IMG/VR virus record: IMGVR_UViG_3300015050_000746
Coordinates: 1 to 32,066 of that record
Strand: one strand, 5' to 3'
DNA from: a virus
Lineage: Duplodnaviria > Caudoviricetes
Length of the DNA stretch: 32,066 nt
The notes below the pieces were generated by a model. That model searched no databases. It was not told the DNA's origin and saw only the letters and a program-made list of their open reading frames with translations. Positions 1 to 8,446 of this stretch are shown piece after piece. Every line of letters begins with the position of its first letter. Position 1 is the stretch's first letter. Both the position numbers and the translations under genes were made by a program.

Positions 1-337
1 CGGCCTGTTGCACTTCGGGAGGAAGCTTATCGAACGTGGCCTTAGCCGCAGGTGACCATGAAGCCGGGGCGCGGATGGCGAGCTTTGCAGCAGGGTCCGC
101 GACTGCCTCCGAGGGCTGGTCGGCAGTATCTTGCACCGTTTCCGGTTGCTTGGCAATAAACTTGCCGTCCGGCCCGCTCTCACGGCCATCCGACGCTTTC
201 TCAGCGTCATCGTTAGGCGTTTCCGCCTCGATTACCGCTTCTGGCGCAACCACCACTTCCTCAACGGGCGCAGGCTCCGGCGCGTTGCCGCTAACCTCTG
301 CCATTGCCGCCCGAATGTCGTCTTCCATGTCGCTCAT
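1..337 (-). CDS. Capsid scaffolding protein, N-terminal part (runs off the window edge)
   Basis: Not in the ORF track. Manual translation from ATG 337 (ATGA overlap with the upstream stop) gives MSDMEDDIRAAMAEVSG...GRESGPDGKFIAK...RAPASWSPAAKATFDKLPPEVQQA. The acidic N-terminus, GPDGKF and PASW...LPPEVQ motifs and position after portal fit a scaffold. Confidence 0.75.
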   Translation of the reverse strand, partial: MSDMEDDIRAAMAEVSGNAPEPAPVEEVVVAPEAVIEAETPNDDAEKASDGRESGPDGKFIAKQPETVQDTADQPSEAVADPAAKLAIRAPASWSPAAKATFDKLPPEVQQA

Positions 338-663
338 AGTCTGGCCTCCACCTGGTCTATAGCCGTCTTGATGTCTTGCTTAAGCTCACGGTCCGACAGC
401 ACCGCCCGTGGCTTTGGTGTCAGCTTCTCATTGCCGACAATCACGCATCCCGCATCCTTCACGCCGCGCTCATAGGCTGACCGGCTGTCGTACATCAGCC
501 CGTTAGCGTGGTTCATGATCGGGTCCATGCCGTCCGACCGGATAGCAGGCATGGGCAGATCGGAACGCTTCTTGCGGAACTGCTCAAGACAGGCGCTAGG
601 CCATGCCGATACTTCGTGCATGTCGCCACACGACCGGCAGATGCGATACGTCGCCCGGCTCAA
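334..663 (-). CDS. Phage hypothetical protein (CxxC...H...C, possible Zn-binding) in the head module
   Basis: 109 aa, coupled at both ends by 4-nt overlaps; CRSCGDMH and GCVIVGNE motifs. Confidence 0.75.
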   Translation of the reverse strand: MSRATYRICRSCGDMHEVSAWPSACLEQFRKKRSDLPMPAIRSDGMDPIMNHANGLMYDSRSAYERGVKDAGCVIVGNEKLTPKPRAVLSDRELKQDIKTAIDQVEARL

Positions 664-914
664 GTGTCGAGCGTCCCAAGGCTGGACCAGTTGTAGAAGC
701 TCTTGCTGTCCGCAAACGCTTGCATGGCCTCAGTGAGATTGGTGTAGCTTGCCGTTAGCCGCGCGTTGATGAACCGCAGTTGCCGCTCATTGAACGTCCC
801 GGCCGGAACACCCTCCGCATCAAACAAACGCATAAGGTCTTCGTTATAGTTCGACGCCGTAGGGAACAAGCTCAGGTCATACGCGCTGGCTTGTCTCAAT
901 CCTTGCTGGGTCAT
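660..914 (-). CDS. Hypothetical protein downstream of portal
   Basis: 84 aa, ATGA-coupled to the portal stop and overlapping the next start by 4 nt. Confidence 0.75.
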   Translation of the reverse strand: MTQQGLRQASAYDLSLFPTASNYNEDLMRLFDAEGVPAGTFNERQLRFINARLTASYTNLTEAMQAFADSKSFYNWSSLGTLDT

Positions 915-3004
915 GCGCTTCCTTGCGGGGTCGGGTCACGGGCAAGGGCAGCGGCCTTAACCTGAAGCTCTTGTCCCTTCAGTTGCAACTCAGCCTGACC
1001 AAGCTGGCCTTCCATCTGGGTGCGCTGCTGCTCGATCTGGGCCTGCATCTGAGCCGTTTGCGACTTCATTTGCTCAACCGCGATAGCAGTCTCATCAGGC
1101 GGGGGAGGCGGTGGCGGACCCGGAGGCGCTGCGGGGGGCTGGGCCTCAGCAGTCTCGAACACCTTGTCTATGACGTCTTCCATCTGGCGAGACACGTTGA
1201 ACGTCCGTGCGCCTTGCTTCAGGATTTCAGCGAACAGCGGGGCCGTGTACGGGGCAGTCGGGACGATGCCAGCCGCAGCCGTCATCAGACCCACCACAGC
1301 GCCCGTGAACTCGGTAAACGCCGCCTTGGCCGCGTTCTCGTCAGGTTCGACCGTGCTGTCCGTCTCCACGTCGATACGGAACGAACGCAGCGCATCGTTC
1401 TTCAGCAGCGCCTGCACGTCCTCCCATGTCGGCTTGGACATAAGCTCAAGCATTTCCGGCGCAGGCTCAATGCCCGGAGGAATCGGCAACTGCTGCGCCT
1501 TGGCCTGCTCAATCATCGGCATGATCTGCTCAATCTGCGCCTTCTCTTGCGCCGTAAGCAGCTTCACGTTCGTCATCGCCTTGAGCGTCTCAATGCTGAA
1601 ATGCTCTGCGATAATCTCCGCCTTCAGCCTAATAGCATCCCGCGCGAACCGCTGAAGCTCACGCTGACGGTCACGCACCCGCAAGCTTCCCCACTGGCCC
1701 TTCAGCCGTTGAGCCGTCGCCGTCTCGTTAGGATTGCTCTCGCCCCGGATGATGTCAGACAGGCCGGTGATCTGGTAAATGTCGTTAAGGATTTGAGCGC
1801 GCGTCTCAAAGCACCCCTTCAGCACCTGAATGACCATATCGACCGGAACCCAGTCAATCAGGCCCTTGACGCCGCCCTTGTCCTTCCAGATGTCGTAGGT
1901 ATCAATCGGGATAAGCTTGTTCTCATTGCCCGGCGAGAACACCAACTGAAGCTCTCGATTGGCCTCGCCTGCATAGACACCCACCATCCGCAGGGCTTCT
2001 TGCAGCTTGCCAATGCGACCCGTCAGATCGTCAAGCTCCTCGGCCTGGTCCTGGTACTGCACATAGTCCGCAACCGGAATCGTGCTGTCATTGGCCGTCG
2101 TGGCGTTCAACGGGCTAGGGCATGGGAAGAACTCACGCAGACCTAGCGGGTCTTCACGTTCGTCCAGAACGCCGCTCGTAACGCCCTTGCAGACCCAGAA
2201 CGCGCGCTTAGACGGCTTGTCCCAAATCTCGTACACCTCGCCCGTCTGATTGGCTTGGCGTTGAGCGTCCGGCGCAGCATCCGCACCCGTCGTGATACCT
2301 GACGACGTGGTGGTAATCGGCACCAGCTTGGCCTTCTCGGCACCAAACCGCTTGGTCAACTCTTCCTTCGTCATATAGACGCGGCGACCCACCCAACGGA
2401 CCTCGGACCACTCACGGGACGGGTTAGTCAGAAAGTCCTTCCACGCAACGTGGTCGCACTGAACCTCTTCGTAGACGACTTCCTCCGAGGCGGTCTCGCC
2501 AACCTCATCAGTGTCTGCGTCTTCCTCGCCCTCGCCTAGCTCTGGGTCTTGCTCGGCATTGAGCGTCTTCATGTGCGGAATGTAGCGCACCCACACCTGA
2601 CCACGGCCCGGCAGCAGATAATCCAGAACGCACAGTTTCAGACGGCCATCGAAGTCATACTGGTCGAGGCTGAAGCCCAACGCCCGCTCCAGCACGTCAG
2701 ATGCCACCTTGCCCGTAGGGTATTCATCACGATAGCGCCTGTCCACCATCGGTTTAGGCTGCTTGGCGTAGATCGCAGGCTGAAGCGTCTGCACATTGGA
2801 CCACAGCACGGCAAAGCGGCGACGATTGGCATTGACGCTCAGTCGCCCGCCGTCGCGATTGCGGTTCTCGTTCTTGTACCGACGAACGATAACGTCGCCA
2901 GCCTTCCACCACGGCTGAAGCTCGCGCTCGGCAAGGTTAATCTCGTCAATCCATTTGGTGACGAGGTTCACAGCCTCTTGATTATCGGGTTCGGTGGGAA
3001 GCAT
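911..3004 (-). CDS. Portal protein
   Basis: ~697 aa. Motifs LWSNVQTLQPAIY, DYLLPGRGQVWVRY, IYQITGLSDIIRG, ETATAQRLK and FRIDVETDST, with a Q-rich C-terminal coiled coil. Follows TerL. ATG 3004 preferred (GAGGGG just upstream) over TTG 3016. Confidence 0.9.
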   Translation of the reverse strand: MLPTEPDNQEAVNLVTKWIDEINLAERELQPWWKAGDVIVRRYKNENRNRDGGRLSVNANRRRFAVLWSNVQTLQPAIYAKQPKPMVDRRYRDEYPTGKVASDVLERALGFSLDQYDFDGRLKLCVLDYLLPGRGQVWVRYIPHMKTLNAEQDPELGEGEEDADTDEVGETASEEVVYEEVQCDHVAWKDFLTNPSREWSEVRWVGRRVYMTKEELTKRFGAEKAKLVPITTTSSGITTGADAAPDAQRQANQTGEVYEIWDKPSKRAFWVCKGVTSGVLDEREDPLGLREFFPCPSPLNATTANDSTIPVADYVQYQDQAEELDDLTGRIGKLQEALRMVGVYAGEANRELQLVFSPGNENKLIPIDTYDIWKDKGGVKGLIDWVPVDMVIQVLKGCFETRAQILNDIYQITGLSDIIRGESNPNETATAQRLKGQWGSLRVRDRQRELQRFARDAIRLKAEIIAEHFSIETLKAMTNVKLLTAQEKAQIEQIMPMIEQAKAQQLPIPPGIEPAPEMLELMSKPTWEDVQALLKNDALRSFRIDVETDSTVEPDENAAKAAFTEFTGAVVGLMTAAAGIVPTAPYTAPLFAEILKQGARTFNVSRQMEDVIDKVFETAEAQPPAAPPGPPPPPPPDETAIAVEQMKSQTAQMQAQIEQQRTQMEGQLGQAELQLKGQELQVKAAALARDPTPQGSA

Positions 3005-3027
3005 GGCCCCTCGCAAGCGTTAGAGGG

Positions 3028-3056
3028 ACAATAACTTGCGCGGTTCCGCTTGTCGA
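3028..3056 (-). promoter_or_regulatory. Candidate sigma70-type promoter for portal/head genes
   Basis: TCGACA (3056-3051)-N17-TATTGT (3033-3028) on the minus strand, 24 nt before the portal ATG. Confidence 0.5.
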
Positions 3057-3069
3057 TAGAACGTCTATG

Positions 3070-3246
3070 CTAGAACCCAAGCCCTAACGCAGCCCAACAG
3101 GCAAACGCCCGCAACCGCGCCTCTTGTGCAGTCAGCGGCTTGGTTGTCCACCAGACAACCTCTGGCCCGGTACGCTCAATCCGCGCCGCATCTCGCTCAT
3201 AGGCCCGCGCGGCGCTCAGGTGCATTTGATTTGCGGCAGTCATCAT
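3070..3246 (-). CDS. Small hypothetical protein (58 aa) between TerL and portal
   Basis: Below the ORF-track cutoff. MMTAANQMHLSAARAYERDAARIERTGPEVVWWTTKPLTAQEARLRAFACWAALGLGF; ATGA overlap with the TerL stop; fills the gap. Confidence 0.55.
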   Translation of the reverse strand: MMTAANQMHLSAARAYERDAARIERTGPEVVWWTTKPLTAQEARLRAFACWAALGLGF

Positions 3247-4562
3247 GCCCTCTCATAGCCCACATGCACCGGCTGATTAGCCAGCAGATCATCCCATGTC
3301 ATATCCTGAACGCCAAGGATGGGCTTGTCGGCCTCCTTCACCTCCGGCTTTATCTCCCGATAGGCCATCGCAACGTATCGGAACGCGTCCGCAGCGTGTG
3401 AGGTCCAGTCGTGCTTAGGTCCGTCACGGAAGACACGGCCCTTCTCATCATAGTCCGCGCGGTACTGGCGCAGGCACTCAAGCCCTGCCTTGCACTTGTC
3501 GCGGTCAAACCAGATGCGCGGGAACAGAACCCGACCCGCGTTGATGCCGTCCAGTATCTTGTGATTGGGCACCAGCTTGGGCTTAAGCTTCAAGCCGATC
3601 ATCGTCTCAATCCGCGTCCGGCCCGTGCCTAGCTCCCTGACCCTAGCATCATGCGGAACCCAATCGGCTTCATAGCGGTACGGCTTGGACTGGAGCACCT
3701 TGGCATAGTGCTCAATGCTCTCTCCGCTGGCCTCGTAGAAGTCGATTATCCGTATCTCAGGCCCGTGAGCCTGCCAGAACCAGATCGCCGTGCTGTCGCC
3801 TATGCCCAAGTCCCACGTCGTATAGACCGGCAAGGCAGGGTCATGCGGAACGTCTGTGATGCGCCCGGCTCTCTCTGCCTCGGCCATGTCCTTACCGTAG
3901 TAAGCGCCGATGATTGCGGCCTCGAACGAGCACTCAAACTCTTGCTCGTATTGCTCCGGCGTCATCTCCCTAGCTGCGGCTATCAGCTCGCTTTGAGGCA
4001 GGATGCGGGTTTCTGAGGCAGGCAGGAAGAATGGGAACCAGTCGGGGTCCGTCTTCGCCCGCTCGAACAGATCAAAGAACGCATTGCGGCCTTTAGGCGT
4101 ACCGATGAACGTCGCTGTGCCTTGACGGTCTGCCAGCATAGGGCGGATGATTGAGCCGAAAATGCCGGGGTACATATCGGCGTACTCATCAAGCGTAGCG
4201 TCGTCCAGATAGCCACCGCGCAGAGCATCCGGGTTGTCAGCGCCGTAAATCTTGATGCGCTTGCCGCCGATTAGTTCGACATACAGCTCCGACTCGTTAG
4301 GCGGTTTGGCCCAGACCGGCTGCGAGTACCGTTTGAGATAGTCCCATGCCACGTCTTTGGCTTGCTTCAGGTACGGGGCGAGGTAGGCCGCACGGTAGTT
4401 GGGCTTGTCGCTCTCAATGGCGCGCTTGATCTTGTCATTGATACAAGCCACGGTCTTGCCGCAGCGCCGGTGCGCCACACCGATTGCAAAGCGTTGCGTC
4501 CGGTTATGGAACGGCATGAACACCCGGCGAGGGGCGTAGGGGATTATTCTGGTTTCAGCCAC
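3243..4562 (-). CDS. terL: Terminase large subunit
   Basis: Walker A HRRCGKT, Walker B region LRGGYLDDATLDEYA, motif FIGTPKG, nuclease WDLG...D and HDWTSHAADAFRY. Confidence 0.97.
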   Translation of the reverse strand: MAETRIIPYAPRRVFMPFHNRTQRFAIGVAHRRCGKTVACINDKIKRAIESDKPNYRAAYLAPYLKQAKDVAWDYLKRYSQPVWAKPPNESELYVELIGGKRIKIYGADNPDALRGGYLDDATLDEYADMYPGIFGSIIRPMLADRQGTATFIGTPKGRNAFFDLFERAKTDPDWFPFFLPASETRILPQSELIAAAREMTPEQYEQEFECSFEAAIIGAYYGKDMAEAERAGRITDVPHDPALPVYTTWDLGIGDSTAIWFWQAHGPEIRIIDFYEASGESIEHYAKVLQSKPYRYEADWVPHDARVRELGTGRTRIETMIGLKLKPKLVPNHKILDGINAGRVLFPRIWFDRDKCKAGLECLRQYRADYDEKGRVFRDGPKHDWTSHAADAFRYVAMAYREIKPEVKEADKPILGVQDMTWDDLLANQPVHVGYERA

Positions 4563-4807
4563 GACACACTGATCGTGATGGGCGCATCCGGGTCGCCCGC
4601 AAGCTGCATCGGCAGAACCTTGCCAAGCAAAGCCATGAACGGGCCGGGGTTGGCTGAAGCCTGAGCCTTGAGATAGCCGGTCAGGCCATCGTCACCGCCT
4701 GCCTCAGTAGCAGCCATGAGAATGGCGTCCTTCAGGAGCGCAGTCGTTTTGTTGGGAGTGCCCTTTTGACGGCCCCCACGACGTTCTCCCGGTGCAGAAC
4801 CGCGCAT
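4544..4807 (-). CDS. terS: Terminase small subunit
   Basis: GGRQKGTPNKTT N-terminus and FMALLGKVLP motif; directly upstream of and overlapping TerL. Confidence 0.85.
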   Translation of the reverse strand: MRGSAPGERRGGRQKGTPNKTTALLKDAILMAATEAGGDDGLTGYLKAQASANPGPFMALLGKVLPMQLAGDPDAPITISVSWLKPE

Positions 4808-4898
4808 TGCATCCTGACGACTAGTTTAGCAAATCATTCGCATCTAGGCTTAAGCCGTAGCGGGGCCTTAGAGCGGGGTGGATGATGCCTTAGCGGAC

Positions 4899-5078
4899 TT
4901 AGCGGGTCAATCCCCATGCCTTAGCCTGCTCACGGGTGATGCGCGGGCATTTAGGCCACGGCCTGTTATCCGGCGGGCCATAGATGCCTTTGGCAAACAG
5001 CCACGCGTGAGGCGGGTCAAACTTGGTGCCGGTGTATGGCGGGATCGGTACGGGTGGGCCTTTCTTTCTGCCGTCCAC
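4899..5078 (-). CDS. Small Pro/Trp-rich hypothetical protein (59 aa)
   Basis: Below the ORF-track cutoff. GTG start 2 nt after the upstream stop; VDGRKKGPPVPIPPYTGTKFDPPHAWLFAKGIYGPPDNRPWPKCPRITREQAKAWGLTR. Confidence 0.5.
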   Translation of the reverse strand: MDGRKKGPPVPIPPYTGTKFDPPHAWLFAKGIYGPPDNRPWPKCPRITREQAKAWGLTR

Positions 5079-5080
5079 AG

Positions 5081-5278
5081 TTACAGCCCCAGCGCGGCCA
5101 GATCATCCGCAATCGACGGACGGTCACCCATAGGCGCACGATGCCAGTCTGCGGCCTTTAGCGCGGCTTCACGGCTTTTGTAGTTGGCCATGCGGGTGTG
5201 AAGGACGCCATTCTGCGTAAGCGTGAAGCTCCAGCGGTCGCCGTCCTGCTTTAGCTCGGTGTGCCAGTGGTCGGTCAT
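5081..5278 (-). CDS. Hypothetical protein
   Basis: 65 aa, ATGA-coupled; WSFTL...NG...NYKSREAALKAA is reminiscent of DUF1508/YegP-like small domains (weak). Confidence 0.65.
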   Translation of the reverse strand: MTDHWHTELKQDGDRWSFTLTQNGVLHTRMANYKSREAALKAADWHRAPMGDRPSIADDLAALGL

Positions 5279-5502
5279 TTGCGAGCCTTCTCAAACTGCC
5301 GCATGAACGCGCCGGGCGGGTCATCATGCTTACCGCTGATTTGGTGGACGGGCATGCGCTGGCTTTCGCGAAAGGCTAACCACTTGTCGCGGGCAGCACG
5401 GCTTTTCTCGCAGGCGTAGGTGCGGACGGAATAGAGCGGGTCTTTCATCGGGTGTAGTCCTGTTTTCTGACCGTCCACGGGGTCCACGTCGTTAGCGCAC
5501 AC
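5275..5502 (-). CDS. Hypothetical protein
   Basis: 75 aa; GTG start overlaps the HNH 3' end; fits operon packing. Confidence 0.5.
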   Translation of the reverse strand: MCANDVDPVDGQKTGLHPMKDPLYSVRTYACEKSRAARDKWLAFRESQRMPVHQISGKHDDPPGAFMRQFEKARK

Positions 5503-5983
5503 GTTCCGCCGCCCTGTTGTTTGCGTTCCAGCTTTTCCCCCGTTTGATTGCTGACACGTTTTGGCGGGTTGTTCCGAACCTCGCCGCTATGACCGCTTGA
5601 GTCTCGCCGCATTCTATAGCCTCCCAAATGCCGTCAACGGCGGCTTGCGTCAGTTTGCTGTTAGGGGCCGTTTCGCCGCCCTTGTTTGGATAGCGCCCCT
5701 TGGCCACGCAGTCGTTTATGTTGTCCCGGTGCGTCCCAAGGAACAAATGGCGAGGGTTCACGCAGGCCCGCACGTCGCAGCGGTGTAGGACCAGCACCCC
5801 GCGCGGAACAGGTCCGCTATGCAAAGACCACGACAGCCTGTGAGCGAGCCACTTTTTGTTGTCGATGCGAACCTGTCCGTAGCCATTGCTCAGAATGACG
5901 CCTGACCACAGCCAGCACCCGCTATTCAAATCAGGCTCAATCGCCCTATCGAACCTCTCACGGGGCGTAGCGTTCATGGTCAT
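5492..5983 (-). CDS. HNH homing endonuclease (Zn-binding HNH_3 type with C-terminal HTH)
   Basis: GCWLWSG, GYG, AHRLSW, VLHRCDVRACVNPRHLFLGTHRDN, then a SKLT...HTH (TQAVIAARFGTTRQNVSAIKRGKSW). ATG 5983 overlaps the upstream TAA (TAATG). Confidence 0.92.
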   Translation of the reverse strand: MTMNATPRERFDRAIEPDLNSGCWLWSGVILSNGYGQVRIDNKKWLAHRLSWSLHSGPVPRGVLVLHRCDVRACVNPRHLFLGTHRDNINDCVAKGRYPNKGGETAPNSKLTQAAVDGIWEAIECGETQAVIAARFGTTRQNVSAIKRGKSWNANNRAAERVR

Positions 5984-6312
5984 TACCGGAGCCTTTCTGC
6001 CGCTCTTATATTGGCGTTTGCGGTTCGCCAACATTCAAGTTTGCTATTAGCAGCAGAATACCGCTGGCGCCACTGGTAATCATGTTTTGCGGCTTGCCCA
6101 ACCTTCGCCAGATGCTCCTTGAACCGAGTCTGCGCTCTTGCCCATTGCTCCCTCTCCGTGGCTGACTTGGCGTCGCTCTCGCCCATCAACTCGGCAAGAA
6201 CGGTTTTGGTTAGCGCGTCCAGATACTCATGCGCGGCACGGTGCGCGGCCCCTGACTCATCGCCAAGGACCGCCAGCACGTCGTGCATATCGTCGTCTGA
6301 TACGAGCATCAC
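5983..6312 (-). CDS. Phage helical protein of the recombination module (UvsY-like by motif; tentative)
   Basis: 109 aa helical protein with SATEREQWARA and C-terminal LECWRTANAN; follows Sak-SSB-Gp157. Confidence 0.7.
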   Translation of the reverse strand: MMLVSDDDMHDVLAVLGDESGAAHRAAHEYLDALTKTVLAELMGESDAKSATEREQWARAQTRFKEHLAKVGQAAKHDYQWRQRYSAANSKLECWRTANANIRAAERLR

Positions 6313-6812
6313 GCCCGCCGCACCGTTAAACCAACGCCGCCATTGGACAAAGACAGGCCGGGGATAGTCTCGCCAGCCTCTAGAGCAGCCTTGATCGATG
6401 GCTCATGCTTCACCCGCTGAAACTTCACGCAATGATCGGGCAGACCAGCCGCAGACGGAATTTCGCCAACGATTTGCGGGCCTGTGTGACGCCATGAGAT
6501 TGTCGCCTCTGGTAGCCGCAAAGACTTCTCCCCGACTTCCTGTAGGAAAGCCGCTGCGGCCCGCCGATACCGTTCGGCGCGGTCCTCCAGCACCTTGCGG
6601 CGCTCGACATAGTTCGCGGCGAGGGCCTTGGCGGCTTCGGCGTGAGCCTCGGCCTCAATGGCAAGCTGGACGGTCCTGCGAAGGGCGCTGATAGCGTCCG
6701 TCTCGCCGTCAACCGTGTCGATCACCGTCTGGTCGTCATCGCCCGCGATTGCGCGAACGGAACGCCAGAACTCAGCGACTTCCTTGGCCTGGTGCTGGAG
6801 GTTGTCGGCCAT
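6309..6812 (-). CDS. Siphovirus Gp157-like protein
   Basis: DTVDGETD, a coiled coil, and a C-terminal IKAALEAGETIPGLSLSNG motif; next to SSB/Sak. Confidence 0.8.
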   Translation of the reverse strand: MADNLQHQAKEVAEFWRSVRAIAGDDDQTVIDTVDGETDAISALRRTVQLAIEAEAHAEAAKALAANYVERRKVLEDRAERYRRAAAAFLQEVGEKSLRLPEATISWRHTGPQIVGEIPSAAGLPDHCVKFQRVKHEPSIKAALEAGETIPGLSLSNGGVGLTVRRA

Positions 6813-7243
6813 CAGAACGGGATGTCGTCGTTGAGATCGTAAGATTCCTTCGCGCCACCAGCGGGTCCGCTAAAGCCGTCGTCAGTCGAGGCAGGCTTCC
6901 CGCCCAGCAGCGTCAGTTCGCCCTTGAACTTGCCGATGTGGATTTCGGTCGCGTACTTCTCGACGCCGTTCTGCTCATACTTCCGGGTCTGAAGAGCGCC
7001 CTCGATGTAGAGGGTCGTTCCCTTCTTCACGTAGTTCTCGACCGTCTTGATGATGTGGTCGTTGAAGATGGTGACACGGTGCCATTCGGTCTTCTCCTTG
7101 CGCTCGCCGGAAGCCTTGTCGCGCCAGCTTTCGGACGTGGCCAGCGACAGGTTCGCGACGCGGTCCCCATTGTTGAGGGTGCGGATTTCCGGGTCTTTCC
7201 CGACATTGCCGATCAGGATGACTTTGTTGACGCTTCCGGCCAT
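6812..7243 (-). CDS. ssb: Single-stranded DNA-binding protein
   Basis: MAGSVNKVILIGNVGKDPE, TEWHRV, YIEGALQTRK and acidic tail DLNDDIPF. Confidence 0.98.
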   Translation of the reverse strand: MAGSVNKVILIGNVGKDPEIRTLNNGDRVANLSLATSESWRDKASGERKEKTEWHRVTIFNDHIIKTVENYVKKGTTLYIEGALQTRKYEQNGVEKYATEIHIGKFKGELTLLGGKPASTDDGFSGPAGGAKESYDLNDDIPF

Positions 7244-7246
7244 GGG

Positions 7247-7903
7247 TTAAGCTGCTTTCTGTTCAAAGGTGTTGGTTGCGGATTTGATGGCGGCTTGCCG
7301 GGCGGCGTAGGCTTTGCGAACGCCCTGCTTTTCGACCTCGGAGAGACCGGCGATCATCTCGCCGTTGGTCGCGCTCCATTCCTTCAGGTCGGCTTCATCC
7401 CGACACATGGCGAGGGAGGCGGTCGCGGTCTGTACGACGGCGGAAACCACGGTCGCGACGTTGGCCTGCCTCTTGTCGTAGAGGGCCAGACCGAAGGCGT
7501 TGCCGAACGTCATCAGCGCCCGTTTCATGGCGTCGGACTCGGCTTCCTTCAGCGCGCTTTCGTGGGCTTGGTCCGTGTCCTTGTCGATGCCGGAGCCAAA
7601 GCCGCAGCCCTCGCGGATGATGACGCTGTCCCCTGCCCTGACGGTGATGCGGACGCGGGCGGAATAGCCGACGCGCATCTGGTCCTTGCCGTACTTGTCC
7701 TGAGTGACGCGCGGCTCGCCAAGCTGGCGCAGTTCCACCGTCTCGCGGTCCCATTGGCCGAAACCAAAGATGCGGTTGGCCTCCGCGATGGCGTGCCATG
7801 CCTCGATATAGGACAGGGTCTTGCCGCCTTGCTCGCGGGTGGCGACGCGCGCCTTGTCGAGCGGCGCGGAAAGCAGCCCTGTTTGTTCTGTTGTGAAACT
7901 CAC
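7247..7903 (-). CDS. Rad52/Rad22-family single-strand annealing recombinase (Sak-like)
   Basis: LSYIEAWHAIAEANRIFGFGQW, REGCGFG and AHESALKEAESDAMKRALMTFGNAFGLALYDK. Confidence 0.93.
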   Translation of the reverse strand: MSFTTEQTGLLSAPLDKARVATREQGGKTLSYIEAWHAIAEANRIFGFGQWDRETVELRQLGEPRVTQDKYGKDQMRVGYSARVRITVRAGDSVIIREGCGFGSGIDKDTDQAHESALKEAESDAMKRALMTFGNAFGLALYDKRQANVATVVSAVVQTATASLAMCRDEADLKEWSATNGEMIAGLSEVEKQGVRKAYAARQAAIKSATNTFEQKAA

Positions 7904-8103
7904 TTGGCTTCCTCCATTGCCGCTTGATATTGGTTGAGTGCGTCTTGGCAGTCTTGGGCTTTTCGGGCCGCGTCTGGAATGCGAAGGCTCAACATCACCT
8001 CGCGCTTCATGATGACGGCGAACTTGGACGACTTCTCATAGATGCCGCCAACGTCCAGCCACAGACGGCCATCCTCGAACTTAGCTAGGGGACGGTCAGT
8101 CAT
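7900..8103 (-). CDS. Hypothetical protein
   Basis: MTDRPLAKF...; ATG 8103 overlaps the upstream gene end; its 3' end supplies GGAGG for the Sak start. Confidence 0.65.
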   Translation of the reverse strand: MTDRPLAKFEDGRLWLDVGGIYEKSSKFAVIMKREVMLSLRIPDAARKAQDCQDALNQYQAAMEEAK

Positions 8104-8446
8104 TGCGAAGAGTCGCAAAATCATCTTTTGGACAAAACCAATCGTCCTTCACGATATGGCCAATAGCCTCCACACCGCTATGATTTGCCCGAACGCGAAT
8201 CGTTCTCCCTTTGAGTCTGTCCCAACTTTCTACGCCCGCCACCTCCATGATGCGGAACAGAAAGTGCCCAGCTACCGACTCTAGTTTATGATGGTCGAAC
8301 GACTTTGGCAGGTAAAGCGTATATCCACCAAACCCTTGTCCAGAGCCTCCGTAGCTAAGATTCAGCCACGCATCCAAGAAGCCCCTGTCGCCAAACCCAA
8401 GGCTGGCTGATTCAATCACAGCGTTTTTGGTTTCAGTGTCAGTCAC
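8096..8446 (-). CDS. Phage hypothetical protein (GSGQGFGGY / GVESWDRLKG motif)
   Basis: GTG 8446 overlaps the upstream gene end; globular-looking sequence ending AIGHIVKDDWFCP. Confidence 0.75.
   Translation of the reverse strand: MTDTETKNAVIESASLGFGDRGFLDAWLNLSYGGSGQGFGGYTLYLPKSFDHHKLESVAGHFLFRIMEVAGVESWDRLKGRTIRVRANHSGVEAIGHIVKDDWFCPKDDFATLRND

Noticed and set aside
1095-1145. G-rich tract in portal as a G-quadruplex or phase-variable run
   Set aside because: Explained by a poly-proline linker encoded on the minus strand; the frame is intact.
923-2146. 407-aa plus-strand ORF
   Set aside because: Shadow of portal.
4840-5020. Possible CRISPR-like mini-array
   Set aside because: Repeats are only 5-10 nt and irregularly spaced, with no repeat-spacer periodicity. 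No array was seen anywhere in the window.
5984-6034. N-terminal extension of the HNH in the ORF track (TTG 6034)
   Set aside because: Overlaps the upstream gene; ATG 5983 in a TAATG coupling is more plausible.
6749-7927. 392-aa plus-strand ORF
   Set aside because: Antisense to the clearly identified SSB and Sak genes.
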